From Elusimicrobiota bacterium (GTDB lineage: Bacteria > Elusimicrobiota > Elusimicrobia > F11), in NCBI GenBank assembly GCA_044221725.1, contig JBGAON010000005.1:96001-160000 (forward strand): 64,000 nt of DNA, read 5' to 3'. Shown here in pieces: positions 9,948-20,815 of this stretch; position 1 is the first letter of the stretch; each line of letters starts with the position of its first letter. The translations under genes and the position numbers were made by a program. The notes under the pieces are model-generated. The model saw only the letters and a program-made list of their open reading frames with translations, was not told the DNA's origin and searched no databases.

Positions 9948-11288
9948 ATGATCCAGTCCGTATTCGATCTTTTCAAAATTAAAGAGCTGCGCAAGCGCAT
10001 ACTCATTACGTTGGGTGTGATCGCGCTTTACCGTCTCGGTGTTATCATCCCGATTCCCGGTGTGAACGCGGACGCGCTGTCGGTTCTTTTTAAACAGCAA
10101 GCAAATTCGTTGTTGGGCTTTCTCGACGTTTTTTCGGGCGGTGCGCTGTCGCGGATGTCAATTTTCTCGATGGGCATCATGCCGTACATCAATGCATCGA
10201 TCATCATGAGTTTGTTGCAGGGCGCGCATGTGATTCCGTACTTGGATCATTTGGCAAAAGAAGGAGAAGCCGGTCGGAAACGTTTGAATCAAATCACGCG
10301 TTACGCCACGGTGGCCTTGGGGTTCATTCAGTCGTTCGGACTAACACAGTTGATTTCGCGTTTGCCGCTTCCGGGAGATATTCCGGTCGTTCTCAATCCG
10401 GGTATTGGCTTCACGCTAATGACGATGATTACACTTGTAACAGGCACCGTGTTTGTCATGTGGCTCGGTGAACAAATCACCGAATTTGGAATTGGAAACG
10501 GAATTTCGCTGATCATTTTTACGGGAATCGTGGACCGGTTGTGGCCTGCGATTCATAATGTCATTCGTGAAGTTTTTGAGTTGCAACAGCGCAGCTTGTT
10601 TGGTGCGGTGTTGGTTTTGGTTGTCGTGTTGGCCGTCACGGGACTTGTTGTATGGCTTGAAACCGGTCAACGAAAGATCCCGGTGCAATACGCAAAGCGC
10701 GTTGTTGGGCGAAAAATGATGGGTGGACAAAGCACGTTTTTGCCACTCAAAGTCGATCAGTCTGGCGTCATCGCGGTGATTTTTGCGGTGTCGCTGTTGT
10801 CGTTCCCGGTAACGATTGCATCGTTTTCGCCGCAGTCGGCGTGGGCGCATAAGATGAACGATGTGTTCAATCACGGTGCGTGGTGGTACAACCTGACCTA
10901 TGCGGCGCTTATTATTTTCTTCTGCTATTTTTATAACTCGGTGTCGTTTAATCCGAAAGATATCGCGGAAAATCTGAAGAAGTGGGGTGGTTTTGTACTC
11001 GGAATTCGTCCGGGCGAACAAACCGCTGCGTATTTGGAAAAGGTGATGGAGCGCATTACGCTCGGCGGCTCGTTAGCCGTGGCACTTTTAGCGGTGTTGC
11101 CAACAATTTTGCAACAAAAATTTAATGTGCCGTTCTTTTTCGGTGGTACGTCGATTTTGATCGTGGTGGGTGTTGCTCTCGACACGGTAAGCCAATTGGA
11201 ATCGCATTTGATTATGCGGCACTACGAAGGATTTAGCAAAACTGGCGCTGTCACGGGACGTGGCCGCGGTCGGTGGTATTCCGCGTAG
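9948..11288 (+). CDS. secY: Preprotein translocase subunit SecY
   Basis: SIFSMGIMPYINASII...WLGEQITEFGIGNGISL...GIRPG...GGTSILIVVGV. Confidence 0.98.
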   Translation: MIQSVFDLFKIKELRKRILITLGVIALYRLGVIIPIPGVNADALSVLFKQQANSLLGFLDVFSGGALSRMSIFSMGIMPYINASIIMSLLQGAHVIPYLDHLAKEGEAGRKRLNQITRYATVALGFIQSFGLTQLISRLPLPGDIPVVLNPGIGFTLMTMITLVTGTVFVMWLGEQITEFGIGNGISLIIFTGIVDRLWPAIHNVIREVFELQQRSLFGAVLVLVVVLAVTGLVVWLETGQRKIPVQYAKRVVGRKMMGGQSTFLPLKVDQSGVIAVIFAVSLLSFPVTIASFSPQSAWAHKMNDVFNHGAWWYNLTYAALIIFFCYFYNSVSFNPKDIAENLKKWGGFVLGIRPGEQTAAYLEKVMERITLGGSLAVALLAVLPTILQQKFNVPFFFGGTSILIVVGVALDTVSQLESHLIMRHYEGFSKTGAVTGRGRGRWYSA

Positions 11289-11926
11289 TGAATATTGTTT
11301 TTCTCGGTCCGCCGGGTTCTGGAAAGGGAACTCAGGCAAAGGGCGTAGCGGACAAATTTAATTTGGTTCATTTGTCGACGGGTGATGCGTTTCGCGAAGC
11401 GATCGCGAACCAGACGGAACTTGGCAGAGAAATTAAAGGTTTTGTTGACAGCGGGAAGCTGGTTCCAGACGAATTGGTTTCGCGTGTTGTTTTTGAAAAA
11501 GTGGGTTCTTTAAAAAAGGGATTTTTGTTGGACGGGTATCCGCGAACTGTTGATCAGGCGAGAGCGCTTGATCAATACGCGAAGACAAAAAATATTTCGC
11601 TGGACGCGATTGTGTTCTTTGATGTGGACTTTGCCGAGCTTGTGAAACGACTGTCGGCTCGACGTCAGTGCCAGAGCTGCAAAGAAGTCTACAATCTCGT
11701 GAACAAAGCACCGAAAACGGCCGATGTGTGTGATAAATGTGGTTCGACGTTGTTGCACCGTCCCGATGATCAACCCGCGGTCGTCGAAGAACGTTTAAAA
11801 ATTTACACGCTGCAAACAGCTCCCGTTTTGGATTTTTATAAAGCACGAGCGGGTTTTCACCAGGTTAACGCTGCACAGCCAATTGAGAAAGTAAGCGCGG
11901 ACATAAAAGCAGCGCTGTCAAACTAA
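11288..11926 (+). CDS. adk: Adenylate kinase (zinc-lid type)
   Basis: GPPGSGKGTQA, LLDGYPR, CxxC...CxxC lid; GTG start overlaps the secY stop. Confidence 0.97.
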   Translation: MNIVFLGPPGSGKGTQAKGVADKFNLVHLSTGDAFREAIANQTELGREIKGFVDSGKLVPDELVSRVVFEKVGSLKKGFLLDGYPRTVDQARALDQYAKTKNISLDAIVFFDVDFAELVKRLSARRQCQSCKEVYNLVNKAPKTADVCDKCGSTLLHRPDDQPAVVEERLKIYTLQTAPVLDFYKARAGFHQVNAAQPIEKVSADIKAALSN

Positions 11927-11928
11927 AC

Positions 11929-12702
11929 GTGGGAAACGTTTCGGCCAAGGGTCAGGCAATCGAGTTAAAAACGAAAGCCGAGCTCGAAAAGATGCGGCAG
12001 GCGGGCAAAGTGGCCGGAGCAACGCTAAAAGCAGTGGTTGCCGCTATCGACGCGGGTGTTACGACAAAAGATTTGGACCGCGTTGCGGAAAATTTTATTC
12101 GCAAGAACGGCGGAATTCCGACGTTCATTGGATATCGTGGATATCCAGCTTCGTTGTGTGTCTCAATCAATAACGAAGTGGTTCACGGAATTCCGGGAAA
12201 CCGGAAATTGAAAGCCGGCGATGTGGTGAGTGTGGACGTGGCCGCAACCGTTGATGGATTTGTTGGAGACACGGCGACAACGGTCATCGTGCCTCCGGCG
12301 AAGGCGGACGCTCAAAAGCTCGTGGAGGTTTCGGAACGTTCGCTGCAAGCCGCGATTGATGCGATGAGGCCGGGAAACCGGCTGGGCGATGTTGGATTTG
12401 CGGTGCAGAACGTTGCCGAGTCAAACGGATTTGGAGTTGTCAGAGATTTTGTTGGCCATGGAATCGGACGCCGTATGCACGAGGAACCTGCGGTGCCGAA
12501 TTATGGAAAACCCGGGTCGGGAATGCGGTTGGAAGCGGGACTTGTTTTGGCCGTTGAACCGATGGTGACAATGGGCGATTGGCATGTGCGCGTGTTGGCC
12601 GATGGTTGGACGGTTGTGACGATGGATGGATCGCTCGCCGCGCACTTTGAACACACGATTGCGATCACGGAAAGTGGGCCAGAAGTTTTAACACGAGTTT
12701 AA
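11929..12702 (+). CDS. map: Methionine aminopeptidase type I
   Basis: CVSINNEVVHGIP, GDTATT, GHGIG..MHEEP, AHFEHT. Confidence 0.97.
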   Translation: MGNVSAKGQAIELKTKAELEKMRQAGKVAGATLKAVVAAIDAGVTTKDLDRVAENFIRKNGGIPTFIGYRGYPASLCVSINNEVVHGIPGNRKLKAGDVVSVDVAATVDGFVGDTATTVIVPPAKADAQKLVEVSERSLQAAIDAMRPGNRLGDVGFAVQNVAESNGFGVVRDFVGHGIGRRMHEEPAVPNYGKPGSGMRLEAGLVLAVEPMVTMGDWHVRVLADGWTVVTMDGSLAAHFEHTIAITESGPEVLTRV

Positions 12703-12711
12703 AGGAAAGTA

Positions 12712-12930
12712 ATGACGAAAGAAGACAAGATCGAAGTCGAAGGGACAATTTTGGAAGCGTTACCGAACGCGATGTTTCGCGTTGAGATGGAAGGCGGGCA
12801 CAAGATTTTGGCGCATATCTCAGGAAAAATGCGCATGCATTACATCAAGATTTTGCCGGGAGATAAGGTGAAAGTGGAATTGTCGCCGTACGATCTTACG
12901 AGAGGAAGGATTACTTACAGAGCGAAGTGA
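12712..12930 (+). CDS. infA: Translation initiation factor IF-1
   Basis: LPNAMFRV...AHISGKMR...[12 protein letters not shown]. Confidence 0.98.
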   Translation: MTKEDKIEVEGTILEALPNAMFRVEMEGGHKILAHISGKMRMHYIKILPGDKVKVELSPYDLTRGRITYRAK

Positions 12931-12995
12931 TATTCCCTCTCTCTTTAGGGAGAGGGAAATCCCTCATCCCAACCTTCTCCCTAAAGGGAGAAAGA
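12931..12995. repeat. Family B palindromic REP-like doublet
   Basis: TATTCCCTCTCTCTTTAGGGAGAGGG...CCCTCATCCCAACCTTCTCCCTAAAGGGAGAA; first arm nearly identical to the 7283 copy. Confidence 0.8.
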
Positions 12996-13016
12996 GACGA
13001 GAAAAAAGGACGATTT

Positions 13017-13130
13017 ATGAAAGTCAGAGCATCCGTAAAAAAATTGTGTGACAAATGCCGCGTTATTAAACGGCACGGCAAAGTCTATATTGTTTGCGCA
13101 AACGCGCGGCACAAACAGCGCCAGGGATAA
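13017..13130 (+). CDS. rpmJ: 50S ribosomal protein L36
   Basis: [21 protein letters not shown]...HKQRQG. Confidence 0.97.
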   Translation: MKVRASVKKLCDKCRVIKRHGKVYIVCANARHKQRQG

Positions 13131-13189
13131 CACTGTGGAAAATCAGTGTCGTAAATTAATTCAAATCGTAGAAACGGGGAGAAAATAGA

Positions 13190-13573
13190 ATGGCTCGAGT
13201 AGCAGGAATCGATTTACCGAAAGCGAAACGCGTTGATATCGCGCTTCGCTACATTTACGGAGTGGGGCCGTTTCGTGCGAACCAATTGCTCGAAGCCACG
13301 GGCATTAACCCAGCGACGCGCGTGAAAGATTTAACCGAAGGCGACGTTTCGAAGATTAATACCGAAATCACGAAATCGTTTCGTGTCGAAGGTGATTTGA
13401 AACGTGAAGTGCAAGGAAACATTCGTCGCCTCATCGAAATCAATTCGTACCGCGGATTCCGCCACCGACGCAACTTGCCGGTTCATGGACAACGCACAAA
13501 ATCGAACGCTCGTACCCGTCGTGGACGTCGTCGTACCGTTGGTTCGGCAAAAGCCGAAGCCGCAGCAGCTTAA
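13190..13573 (+). CDS. rpsM: 30S ribosomal protein S13
   Basis: [10 protein letters not shown]...[24 protein letters not shown]. Confidence 0.98.
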   Translation: MARVAGIDLPKAKRVDIALRYIYGVGPFRANQLLEATGINPATRVKDLTEGDVSKINTEITKSFRVEGDLKREVQGNIRRLIEINSYRGFRHRRNLPVHGQRTKSNARTRRGRRRTVGSAKAEAAAA

Positions 13574-13585
13574 TTAAGAGGAATT

Positions 13586-14065
13586 ATGGAAGAGAAAAAA
13601 CCAGAAGCAAAAAAATCTGCGAAGCCAGCCGAAGGCGCGGCCGAGGGAAAAGCAGCAGCGAAAGCCGCTGGAGCAAAGCCGGCCGATAAACCGGTAAAGA
13701 AAAAGAAAGTTCAGCGCGACGTGAGTTTCGCGCGCGCGTACGTGCAGTGCACGTTCAACAACACAATCATTTCGATTACCGACGACCACGGAGGTGTTAT
13801 TTCCTGGGCGTCCGCCGGCAGCTCGGGGTTCAAAGGAACAAAGAAAGGCACCCCGTTCGCGGCGCAGGTGACGGCCGAGAAAGCCGCCAACAAAGCAAAG
13901 GAAATGGGCGTGCGCCAAGTCATGGTGTTTGTGCGCGGCCCAGGATCCGGACGCGAAACCGCCATTCGGGCGCTTCAAGCGGCCGGGTTTTCAATCAGTT
14001 TGATTCGAGATGTGACGCCGATTCCGCATAACGGATGCCGTCCTCCGAAACCAAGGAGAGTATAA
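13586..14065 (+). CDS. rpsK: 30S ribosomal protein S11 with Lys/Ala-rich N-terminal extension
   Basis: TFNNTII...KGTPFAAQ...GPGSGRE...[14 protein letters not shown]. Confidence 0.98.
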   Translation: MEEKKPEAKKSAKPAEGAAEGKAAAKAAGAKPADKPVKKKKVQRDVSFARAYVQCTFNNTIISITDDHGGVISWASAGSSGFKGTKKGTPFAAQVTAEKAANKAKEMGVRQVMVFVRGPGSGRETAIRALQAAGFSISLIRDVTPIPHNGCRPPKPRRV

Positions 14066-14749
14066 GTGGCTAGATATATAGGAGCAGTCTGTAAGCTTTG
14101 TCGCCGCGAGGGCACGAAGTTGTTTTTGAAAGGAGAACGGTGCTACTCGAAATGTCCTATTGATAAACCGACCGGAGCGCTTGTTCCGGGGCAGCACGGA
14201 AAACGGCGTTCAAAAATTACCGAATACGGCAAACGGCTCCGCGAAAAACAAAAAACGAAACGGATTGCCGGTCTTCTCGAGCGGTCATTTTATTCATACT
14301 TCGATCGCGCTACCCACGAACCGGGCAAAACCGGTGAAGCGTTGCTTCGATTCTTGGAAACCCGTTTGGACAACGTTGTGCGCCGCCTGGGTTTTGCCAC
14401 CTCCATGGCCGCTGCTCGTCAGTTGGTTAATCACGGTCACATTTCTGTTAATGGCAAACGTGTGAACACCGCGTCGTACAACACAGCGGTCGGCGATGTG
14501 ATCACGCTGGCCGAAGGTTTGAAAGGCAACGTGCGCGTTCAACGCGCGATTTCGACGCAGCTCCATCGCCAAATTCCGGCGTGGCTCGAACTTAATCCGG
14601 CGGTGGCCGATGCATTGGGTCGCTCGAAGGACTTGCCGGTGGACTTGAAAGATTTGAAAGTTGAAGGGACGGTGAGACTTCTGCCGACGCGCGAAGAAAT
14701 GTCCTACCCGGTCAACGAACAGTACATCGTCGAACTTTACTCGAAATAA
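14066..14749 (+). CDS. rpsD: 30S ribosomal protein S4 (zinc-binding)
   Basis: CKLCRREG..LFLKGERC...LETRLDNVV...IVELYSK. Confidence 0.97.
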   Translation: MARYIGAVCKLCRREGTKLFLKGERCYSKCPIDKPTGALVPGQHGKRRSKITEYGKRLREKQKTKRIAGLLERSFYSYFDRATHEPGKTGEALLRFLETRLDNVVRRLGFATSMAAARQLVNHGHISVNGKRVNTASYNTAVGDVITLAEGLKGNVRVQRAISTQLHRQIPAWLELNPAVADALGRSKDLPVDLKDLKVEGTVRLLPTREEMSYPVNEQYIVELYSK

Positions 14750-14837
14750 AAATTTCATCGGTATCTGCGGAAAGGCTGGACCCGTCAATTGAAAACGGCG
14801 GACCATGTCGTTGCAGAACCAAATTAAGGAGAAAAAA

Positions 14838-15824
14838 ATGACAACTCACATTACCCAAGGCCTCGTGCTTCCTCAACGCCTCGAAATTGACAACGCGACA
14901 CTGACGGACCGTTACGGCCGTTTCGTCGCAGAACCGTTCGAAAAAGGTTACGGTCACACGATCGGAAATTCGCTTCGCCGCATTTTGCTCTCGTCGCTCG
15001 AAGGAGCGGCGGTGACCGGTGTTCGTATCAAAGGCGCTCTGCACGAATTTACGGCGCTCAAAGGCGTGCGCGAAGACGTAATCCACATTATTCTCAATCT
15101 CAAAAAACTCCGTGTGAAACTTTACAGCGCGGGCCCCGAAACGCTTCGCCTCAAGATTCGTCGTCAAGGCGAAATCATGGCGAAAGACATTGAACCGAAC
15201 AATCAGGTCGAAATTCTCACGCCAGATTTGGTGATCGCGACAATTGATGACGGCGTCGAGCTCGATATGGAAATCGAAGTGTCGAAGGGTCGTGGATACA
15301 TTCCAGCGGATCGTTTGAAAAAAGACGGCCAGCCGCTCGGCACAATTCCGGTGGACGCGCTTTTCTCGCCGGTGTCGAAAGTTCACTACGAAGTGGAAAA
15401 CGCACGCGTGGGTCAGATGACCGACTACGACAAACTCATTGTCGAAGTCTGGACCGATGGTAGCGTGACGCCGGGCGATGCGCTCGCGTATTCCGCAAAA
15501 ATTCTTAAAGATTCGCTCACGACGTTCATCACGTTTGACGAACAAGAAGTGGCGCCGATTCAAGCACAAGCTCGCACCGAAGAATCCGCAAAGATGGAAG
15601 AACTTCTTTCGCAACCCGTTGAAATCATCGAACTTTCCGTTCGTGCATCGAACTGCTTGAAAGTTGCGAAGATCAAAACGATCGGCGAGCTCGTGAGCAA
15701 ATCCGAAGACGAGCTCTTGTCGTACAAGAATTTTGGAAAAAAATCCTTGGACGAAATCCGCGATCGGCTAAAAGAGATGGGACTCAATCTCGGTCGTTCG
15801 TCCGCTCAGCCGGCGAGCGTCTAA
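14838..15824 (+). CDS. rpoA: RNA polymerase alpha subunit
   Basis: EPFEKGYGHTIGNSLRRILLSS...LSVRASNCL...NFGKKSL; SD AAGGAG before ATG 14838. Confidence 0.98.
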   Translation: MTTHITQGLVLPQRLEIDNATLTDRYGRFVAEPFEKGYGHTIGNSLRRILLSSLEGAAVTGVRIKGALHEFTALKGVREDVIHIILNLKKLRVKLYSAGPETLRLKIRRQGEIMAKDIEPNNQVEILTPDLVIATIDDGVELDMEIEVSKGRGYIPADRLKKDGQPLGTIPVDALFSPVSKVHYEVENARVGQMTDYDKLIVEVWTDGSVTPGDALAYSAKILKDSLTTFITFDEQEVAPIQAQARTEESAKMEELLSQPVEIIELSVRASNCLKVAKIKTIGELVSKSEDELLSYKNFGKKSLDEIRDRLKEMGLNLGRSSAQPASV

Positions 15825-15850
15825 TAGCCGGATAAGGAAAGGAATTTACT

Positions 15851-16204
15851 ATGGCAAAAACAGGCGCTGGGCGTAAACTTGGTCGTAAGACGGGGTTCCG
15901 ATTTGCGTTGCTCCGAAATTTGGCGACCGATTTGATTCGCTACGAGCAAATTCAAACAACGTTTCCAAAAGCAAAAGAGTGTTCACGTTTCACCGAGCAT
16001 TTGATTGCGGTGGCAAAAAAAGGCGACATGAACGCGCGTCGCACCGTGGCAAAAGATATTCGAGATGGTGACGTCACAAAGAAACTCTTCGAAGTTCTTC
16101 CGCAGCGCTACGCCACACGCACCAGCGGTTTTACGCGGGTGTTCCGTCTTCAGAACCGTCAGGGTGACAACGCTCAGATGGCGCTGATTAAACTGATTGC
16201 CTAA
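15851..16204 (+). CDS. rplQ: 50S ribosomal protein L17
   Basis: RKLGR...LLRNL...TT.PKAKE...GFTRV...RQGDNA. Confidence 0.96.
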   Translation: MAKTGAGRKLGRKTGFRFALLRNLATDLIRYEQIQTTFPKAKECSRFTEHLIAVAKKGDMNARRTVAKDIRDGDVTKKLFEVLPQRYATRTSGFTRVFRLQNRQGDNAQMALIKLIA

Positions 16205-16251
16205 AAGCAGATAAATAGATACAAAAGTCGTCGCACTGGATTTTTTTTTGA

Positions 16252-16350
16252 CGTCATCCTGGCATGTCTCAAGCCAGGATCCATTTTTGCCTTAGGGAAA
16301 CATGGGCGCTGGATAGAAACATTCCAGAGCGACGGCCTGCCAGGATGACG
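16252..16350. repeat. CGTC-tagged palindromic repeat, family A copy 2
   Basis: CGTCATCCTGGCATGTCTCAAGCCAGGATCCATTTTT...CTGGATAGAAACATTCCAG...CCAGGATGACG. Confidence 0.85.
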
Positions 16351-16361
16351 CAGAGGTTAGA

Positions 16362-17402
16362 ATGTTCAATTACATCCTCGGACTTTTTTCGAACGACATG
16401 GGCATTGATCTTGGAACAGCAAACACGCTGGTCTATGTGAAGGGTCAAGGTATTGTTCTCCGTGAGCCCAGCGTCGTCGCCATTGACCGATCCACTCGCG
16501 AAGTTCTCGCGTTTGGTGCCGAAGCGAAGCGCATGCTTGGTAAAACTCCCGCCAATATTCAAGCGGTTCGGCCTCTTCGCAACGGTGTCATTGCCGACTT
16601 CGAAGTGACCCAGGCAATGATCAAATACTTCATTCGAAAAGTTCACAACCGCCGAAGCTTGTTGCATCCGCGTATTGTTATCGGAATTCCTTCTGGTATC
16701 ACCGAAGTTGAAAAACGCGCCGTTCGTGAGGCCGCCGAGCAAGCGGGCGCGCGTCAAACCGAACTGCTTGAAGAACCAATGGCCGCGGCCATTGGCGCGG
16801 ATCTGCCAATCTCCGAGCCGCATGGAAATATGATTGTCGATATCGGTGGCGGAACCACGGAAGTTGCCGTCATTTCGCTTTCGGGAATGGTGGTTTCAAA
16901 GTCCATCGATGTGGCCGGCGACGAGATGGACGAAGCGGTGATGCAGTATTTCCGACGCAAGTACAATCTCGTTATCGGCGAATCAACAGCCGAGCAAGTG
17001 AAGATTCGTGTTGGAAGTGTTTTTCCGTTGCCCGAAGAAGAATCAATGGAAGTAAAAGGTCGCGATCAAGTTACCGGCTTGCCGCGCACGATTACCGTAA
17101 CGTCGGAAGAGATTCGTCAGGCGTTGTCGGAACCCGTGAAACTCATTGTTGATACCGTGAAAGAAGCGCTTGAAGAAACGCCGCCCGAACTTTCTGCCGA
17201 TCTCGTGGATCGTGGCATCATGATGGCGGGAGGCGGAGCGCTGCTTCGCGGATTCCCTGACTTGTTGGCTCAAGAAACAGATTTGCCTGTCCATGTAGCG
17301 GCCGATCCCCTAACCGCCGTCACTATTGGTTGCGGTCGCTATTTGGAAGAGTTGGACAATATTAAGCGTCATCGCATCATGCTGTCGTCGCCACAATCCT
17401 AA
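16362..17402 (+). CDS. mreB: Rod shape-determining protein MreB
   Basis: [11 protein letters not shown]...EPSVVA...[11 protein letters not shown]. Confidence 0.98.
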   Translation: MFNYILGLFSNDMGIDLGTANTLVYVKGQGIVLREPSVVAIDRSTREVLAFGAEAKRMLGKTPANIQAVRPLRNGVIADFEVTQAMIKYFIRKVHNRRSLLHPRIVIGIPSGITEVEKRAVREAAEQAGARQTELLEEPMAAAIGADLPISEPHGNMIVDIGGGTTEVAVISLSGMVVSKSIDVAGDEMDEAVMQYFRRKYNLVIGESTAEQVKIRVGSVFPLPEEESMEVKGRDQVTGLPRTITVTSEEIRQALSEPVKLIVDTVKEALEETPPELSADLVDRGIMMAGGGALLRGFPDLLAQETDLPVHVAADPLTAVTIGCGRYLEELDNIKRHRIMLSSPQS

Positions 17403-17559
17403 CGATCATGAATACAACCACCGATTTCGTATCACATTTTAACCCGGAGAAAAGAACTCTTCGTGAACCAATTTTTTTGTTCACCTTTACGTCCTCGCCG
17501 AACACACCAACCACACCTCGTAACTGATTTCCTTTCTCCATCCATAGGGGTCAAGCGCC

Positions 17560-18411
17560 GTGTTGCTTGAATTTTTCCAGCGTCACCGCGCTGGCGTTCT
17601 CATGCTCGGGTTTGCGGCCTTTTCGTTTCTGTGCATGGCGCTTCGCGTCGCGGCAACCGTGAACGCGCTGAAAGCGAGCGCGTGGTTTCTCGTTTCGCCA
17701 GCGGTTGTCGAAAGCGGAGACTTTTTCAATACGCTCGATTCGTCGGCAGCGCGTTTCTTTGGACTTATCCGCGCCGAAGCAGAGAACACCATCCTCCGCG
17801 AACAAAACGCCCAGCTTTCGAAGCGCGAAGTTGAGCGTGACGCGCTCGAAGAGGAAAACAATCGGCTTCGCACGCTGCTCAATTTTAAACTGCATTCGTT
17901 TCCACAAGGAATTCCGGCGGAACTCGTGGGGCGCGACATGCGCGATTGGTTTCGCGCGATTTCAATCAACAAGGGGGCGGCCGATGGTGTGACGTTGTCG
18001 GCGGCGGTGGTGTCAGGAACCACCGAGAAACCAACGCTCGTCGGTCGCATTGCAGAAGTGAGGGAAGGTTCGAGCAAGGTCCTGTTGTTGACGGATTCGT
18101 TATCAGCGATCTCGGTCACCGATACCCGCACCGGTGATATGGGACTTCTTGAGGGCCAGAACAAACCCACGGCGAAGCTTAATTACTTGCCACACCTTTC
18201 AAGCGTGCTCGTCGATGATGTGGTTGTCACGGCGGGGTTGGGCGGTATTTTTCCACCCGGGGTTCCGGTTGGGCGAGTGATCAGCGTAAAAGACTCTTCC
18301 GATGGATTCTTCAAAGAAGCGGTCGTTGAGCCGTTTGCAAATTTCGGTTCGCTGCGGGAGTTGTTGGTGTTGGAGAGGCGCGAGCTCACCGGCGAGAAGG
18401 TGCGCCCGTGA
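17560..18411 (+). CDS. mreC: Rod shape-determining protein MreC
   Basis: TM segment, coiled coil (ENNRLRTLL), INKG, GLGGIFPPGVPVG. Confidence 0.94.
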   Translation: MLLEFFQRHRAGVLMLGFAAFSFLCMALRVAATVNALKASAWFLVSPAVVESGDFFNTLDSSAARFFGLIRAEAENTILREQNAQLSKREVERDALEEENNRLRTLLNFKLHSFPQGIPAELVGRDMRDWFRAISINKGAADGVTLSAAVVSGTTEKPTLVGRIAEVREGSSKVLLLTDSLSAISVTDTRTGDMGLLEGQNKPTAKLNYLPHLSSVLVDDVVVTAGLGGIFPPGVPVGRVISVKDSSDGFFKEAVVEPFANFGSLRELLVLERRELTGEKVRP

Positions 18412-18905
18412 TACGTTTTCTGTTTGTGTGCGTCACGATTGTTGTCGGCGTTCTTATGCAGATTGTTCTCGGCCGCTACCTGTCGCTGTATGACGCAGCA
18501 CCGCAGGTTTTTCTGCTGCTGACGATAACGCATGGTTTTGTGTTTGGTCCGGTGCTTGGCGAAATTTTGGGTTTCTCATGGGGACTTATTAGCGATGCGA
18601 CCGGAATACGATTGTTTGGGTTAAATGCGTTGTTGTTGGCGTTGGCGGGTTACTTGGCGGGCAAACTCCGCCGACGTGTGGCCAGCGAGCGCATGACGGC
18701 GCAAGTCATCATCTCGCTTGTTGCGACGCTTTACTACATGATCGGCGTTTCAACGCTTTACAGTATATTCGACGAAAGCCCCGGGCGGTTTTCGGTCACG
18801 CACTTCATTATTGAAGCGATTTACAACGGCGTGTTCGCGGTGGCATTTTTCATGTTCACCGAACGGTGGACGGCGCTGTGGGGAATTCAGAGTGAACATA
18901 TTTAA
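18408..18905 (+). CDS. mreD: Rod shape-determining protein MreD
   Basis: Hydrophobic 165 aa with G..GL..D pattern; between mreC and mrdA. Confidence 0.85.
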   Translation: MIRFLFVCVTIVVGVLMQIVLGRYLSLYDAAPQVFLLLTITHGFVFGPVLGEILGFSWGLISDATGIRLFGLNALLLALAGYLAGKLRRRVASERMTAQVIISLVATLYYMIGVSTLYSIFDESPGRFSVTHFIIEAIYNGVFAVAFFMFTERWTALWGIQSEHI

Positions 18906-18988
18906 GAGGCGGAATCCTCAATCGTCACGCATCCAACCCTCAATCTATTTGTTGAGAGTTTGGTATTTGAGAATTGGAGCTTAACCGA

Positions 18989-20815
18989 ATGTGGGTTGGC
19001 GGTAACACAGATACATTTTCCGAGAAGCGGTTTCGTGGGCGGGTGCGCGCGATGAGTGTTTTATTTGCCGTCGGCTACGCGATCATCGCGCTGCGTTTGT
19101 TCGATTTGCAGGTGGTGCGTGGAAACGACTTCGCGCACGTGTCCGACTCGAACCGAACCCAGGTCATTTTTTTGCGCGCGCCGCGCGGCGATTTTTTTGA
19201 TCGCAAAGGGCGTGTGTTTGTGACGAATCAACCGAGCTGGTCGCTCGTGTATTCGGTACCAGAGAAATCCACGGCGTCGCGCGCGATGGTGGAAGACACG
19301 TTGCGCCCGTTTCTCGAGCCGTTTCCGCAGTACTGGATGAAGCGTCTTCAAAAGGCGTTTGACAGCAAACAAATGGTTCGGCTCGTCGAAAATGTGCCCA
19401 ACAAAGTTGCGTTTCTTATGCGCGAAATGGAATTGCTTCTGCCCGGCTTGCGTGTGGTCATGGAATTTCGCCGTGGATATCCGTTGGGGCTCGCCGCGCC
19501 GCATTTGATCGGTTACTTGGGCGAAGTTGGCGAAAAAGAAATCAAAGGAAATCTTAAGCCTGGGGATCTGGTCGGAAAAATGGGACTTGAGCGGATCGAG
19601 GACGACAAACTGCGCGGCCAGGACGGTGGCATGATGTTGGAGGTCGACTCGGTGGGGCGGCTCAAGCGTGTCGTGAAAGAATTGCCGTTTCAGAAAGGAA
19701 GCGATGTGCATCTCACGTTGGATTTGGATGTCCAGCGCGTTGCCGAAGAGGAGTTGGCGAAAACGGAGAGCCGCAAAGGCGCCGCCGTTGCCATCGATGT
19801 GAACACCGGTGCGATATTGGCGTGGGCCAGCGCCCCCGCGTTCGATCCGTTCAATTCGATGGCCGCCGATCTCAAAGATCCGAACTCCCCGTTTTTGGAC
19901 CGCGTGTATAAAGGCGCGTATCCGCCGGGTTCAACGTTCAAAATTATTACCGCCATCACGGGATTTGAAAAAAACACAATTCGCACGTCCGAGCGCGTTA
20001 ATTGCGTCGGATTTGTGACGTTGCCCGATGGAAAGGGCGGCGAGAAAAAATACAAGTGTTGGAAACGCCACGGATCTGTTGACTATTGGCAGGCCATGGC
20101 GGAATCGTGCGACAGTTACTTCTACACGTTGGGACAGAAACTGGGCTCGCAGGCAATTTCGGAAACGGCGCAATCGTTTGGGTTCGGTCAGCCCGCGCAA
20201 GATGTGATGTCGGGCGAAAACAAAGGTGTTCTTCCGAGTCCCGCTTGGAAACGAAAAATGGGTCTTGGCGGTTGGTCGACCGGCGACACGTACAACATGG
20301 CGATCGGCCAAGGTTTTGTAACCGCGACACCTCTGCAAGTAGCGACGATGATGATTGGTGTGGCCACGCAAGGCGTGATTCGTCGGCCGTACGCGCTTGA
20401 TTACATTTTGGACGTCAACGGTCAGTACAAATATAAAAGCAAAGAATCGATTTTCCGAACCATTCAGTTGAAGCAAACCACGTGGGACAATCTCACGCGT
20501 TCGCTTGAGAATGTTGTTACGCAAGGAACCGGTGGTGCCACGCGCATCGCGCGTCTCGACGTGCGGGGAAAAACCGGAACTGCTCAGAACCCGCACGGCG
20601 AAGATCATGCGTGGTTCGCTGGCTACGCCGGATACAAGGGCGAGAAACCATTGATTGCCATTTGTGTATTCGTTGAGAATGGCGGTCATGGCGGCGCCGT
20701 GGCCGCACCAATTGTGCGCCGGATGCTCGAAACCGCGTTGCCTGATCGCGATGCGAAACCAGCGGCGCCCGCGGCTTCTGCGGCCGCCGAAGACGCACAG
20801 GAGACCGTGCAATGA
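18989..20815 (+). CDS. mrdA: Penicillin-binding protein 2
   Basis: APRG.F.DRKG, PPGSTFK (SxxK), SCD, KTGTAQ; start uncertain (18974 or 18989). Confidence 0.95.
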   Translation: MWVGGNTDTFSEKRFRGRVRAMSVLFAVGYAIIALRLFDLQVVRGNDFAHVSDSNRTQVIFLRAPRGDFFDRKGRVFVTNQPSWSLVYSVPEKSTASRAMVEDTLRPFLEPFPQYWMKRLQKAFDSKQMVRLVENVPNKVAFLMREMELLLPGLRVVMEFRRGYPLGLAAPHLIGYLGEVGEKEIKGNLKPGDLVGKMGLERIEDDKLRGQDGGMMLEVDSVGRLKRVVKELPFQKGSDVHLTLDLDVQRVAEEELAKTESRKGAAVAIDVNTGAILAWASAPAFDPFNSMAADLKDPNSPFLDRVYKGAYPPGSTFKIITAITGFEKNTIRTSERVNCVGFVTLPDGKGGEKKYKCWKRHGSVDYWQAMAESCDSYFYTLGQKLGSQAISETAQSFGFGQPAQDVMSGENKGVLPSPAWKRKMGLGGWSTGDTYNMAIGQGFVTATPLQVATMMIGVATQGVIRRPYALDYILDVNGQYKYKSKESIFRTIQLKQTTWDNLTRSLENVVTQGTGGATRIARLDVRGKTGTAQNPHGEDHAWFAGYAGYKGEKPLIAICVFVENGGHGGAVAAPIVRRMLETALPDRDAKPAAPAASAAAEDAQETVQ

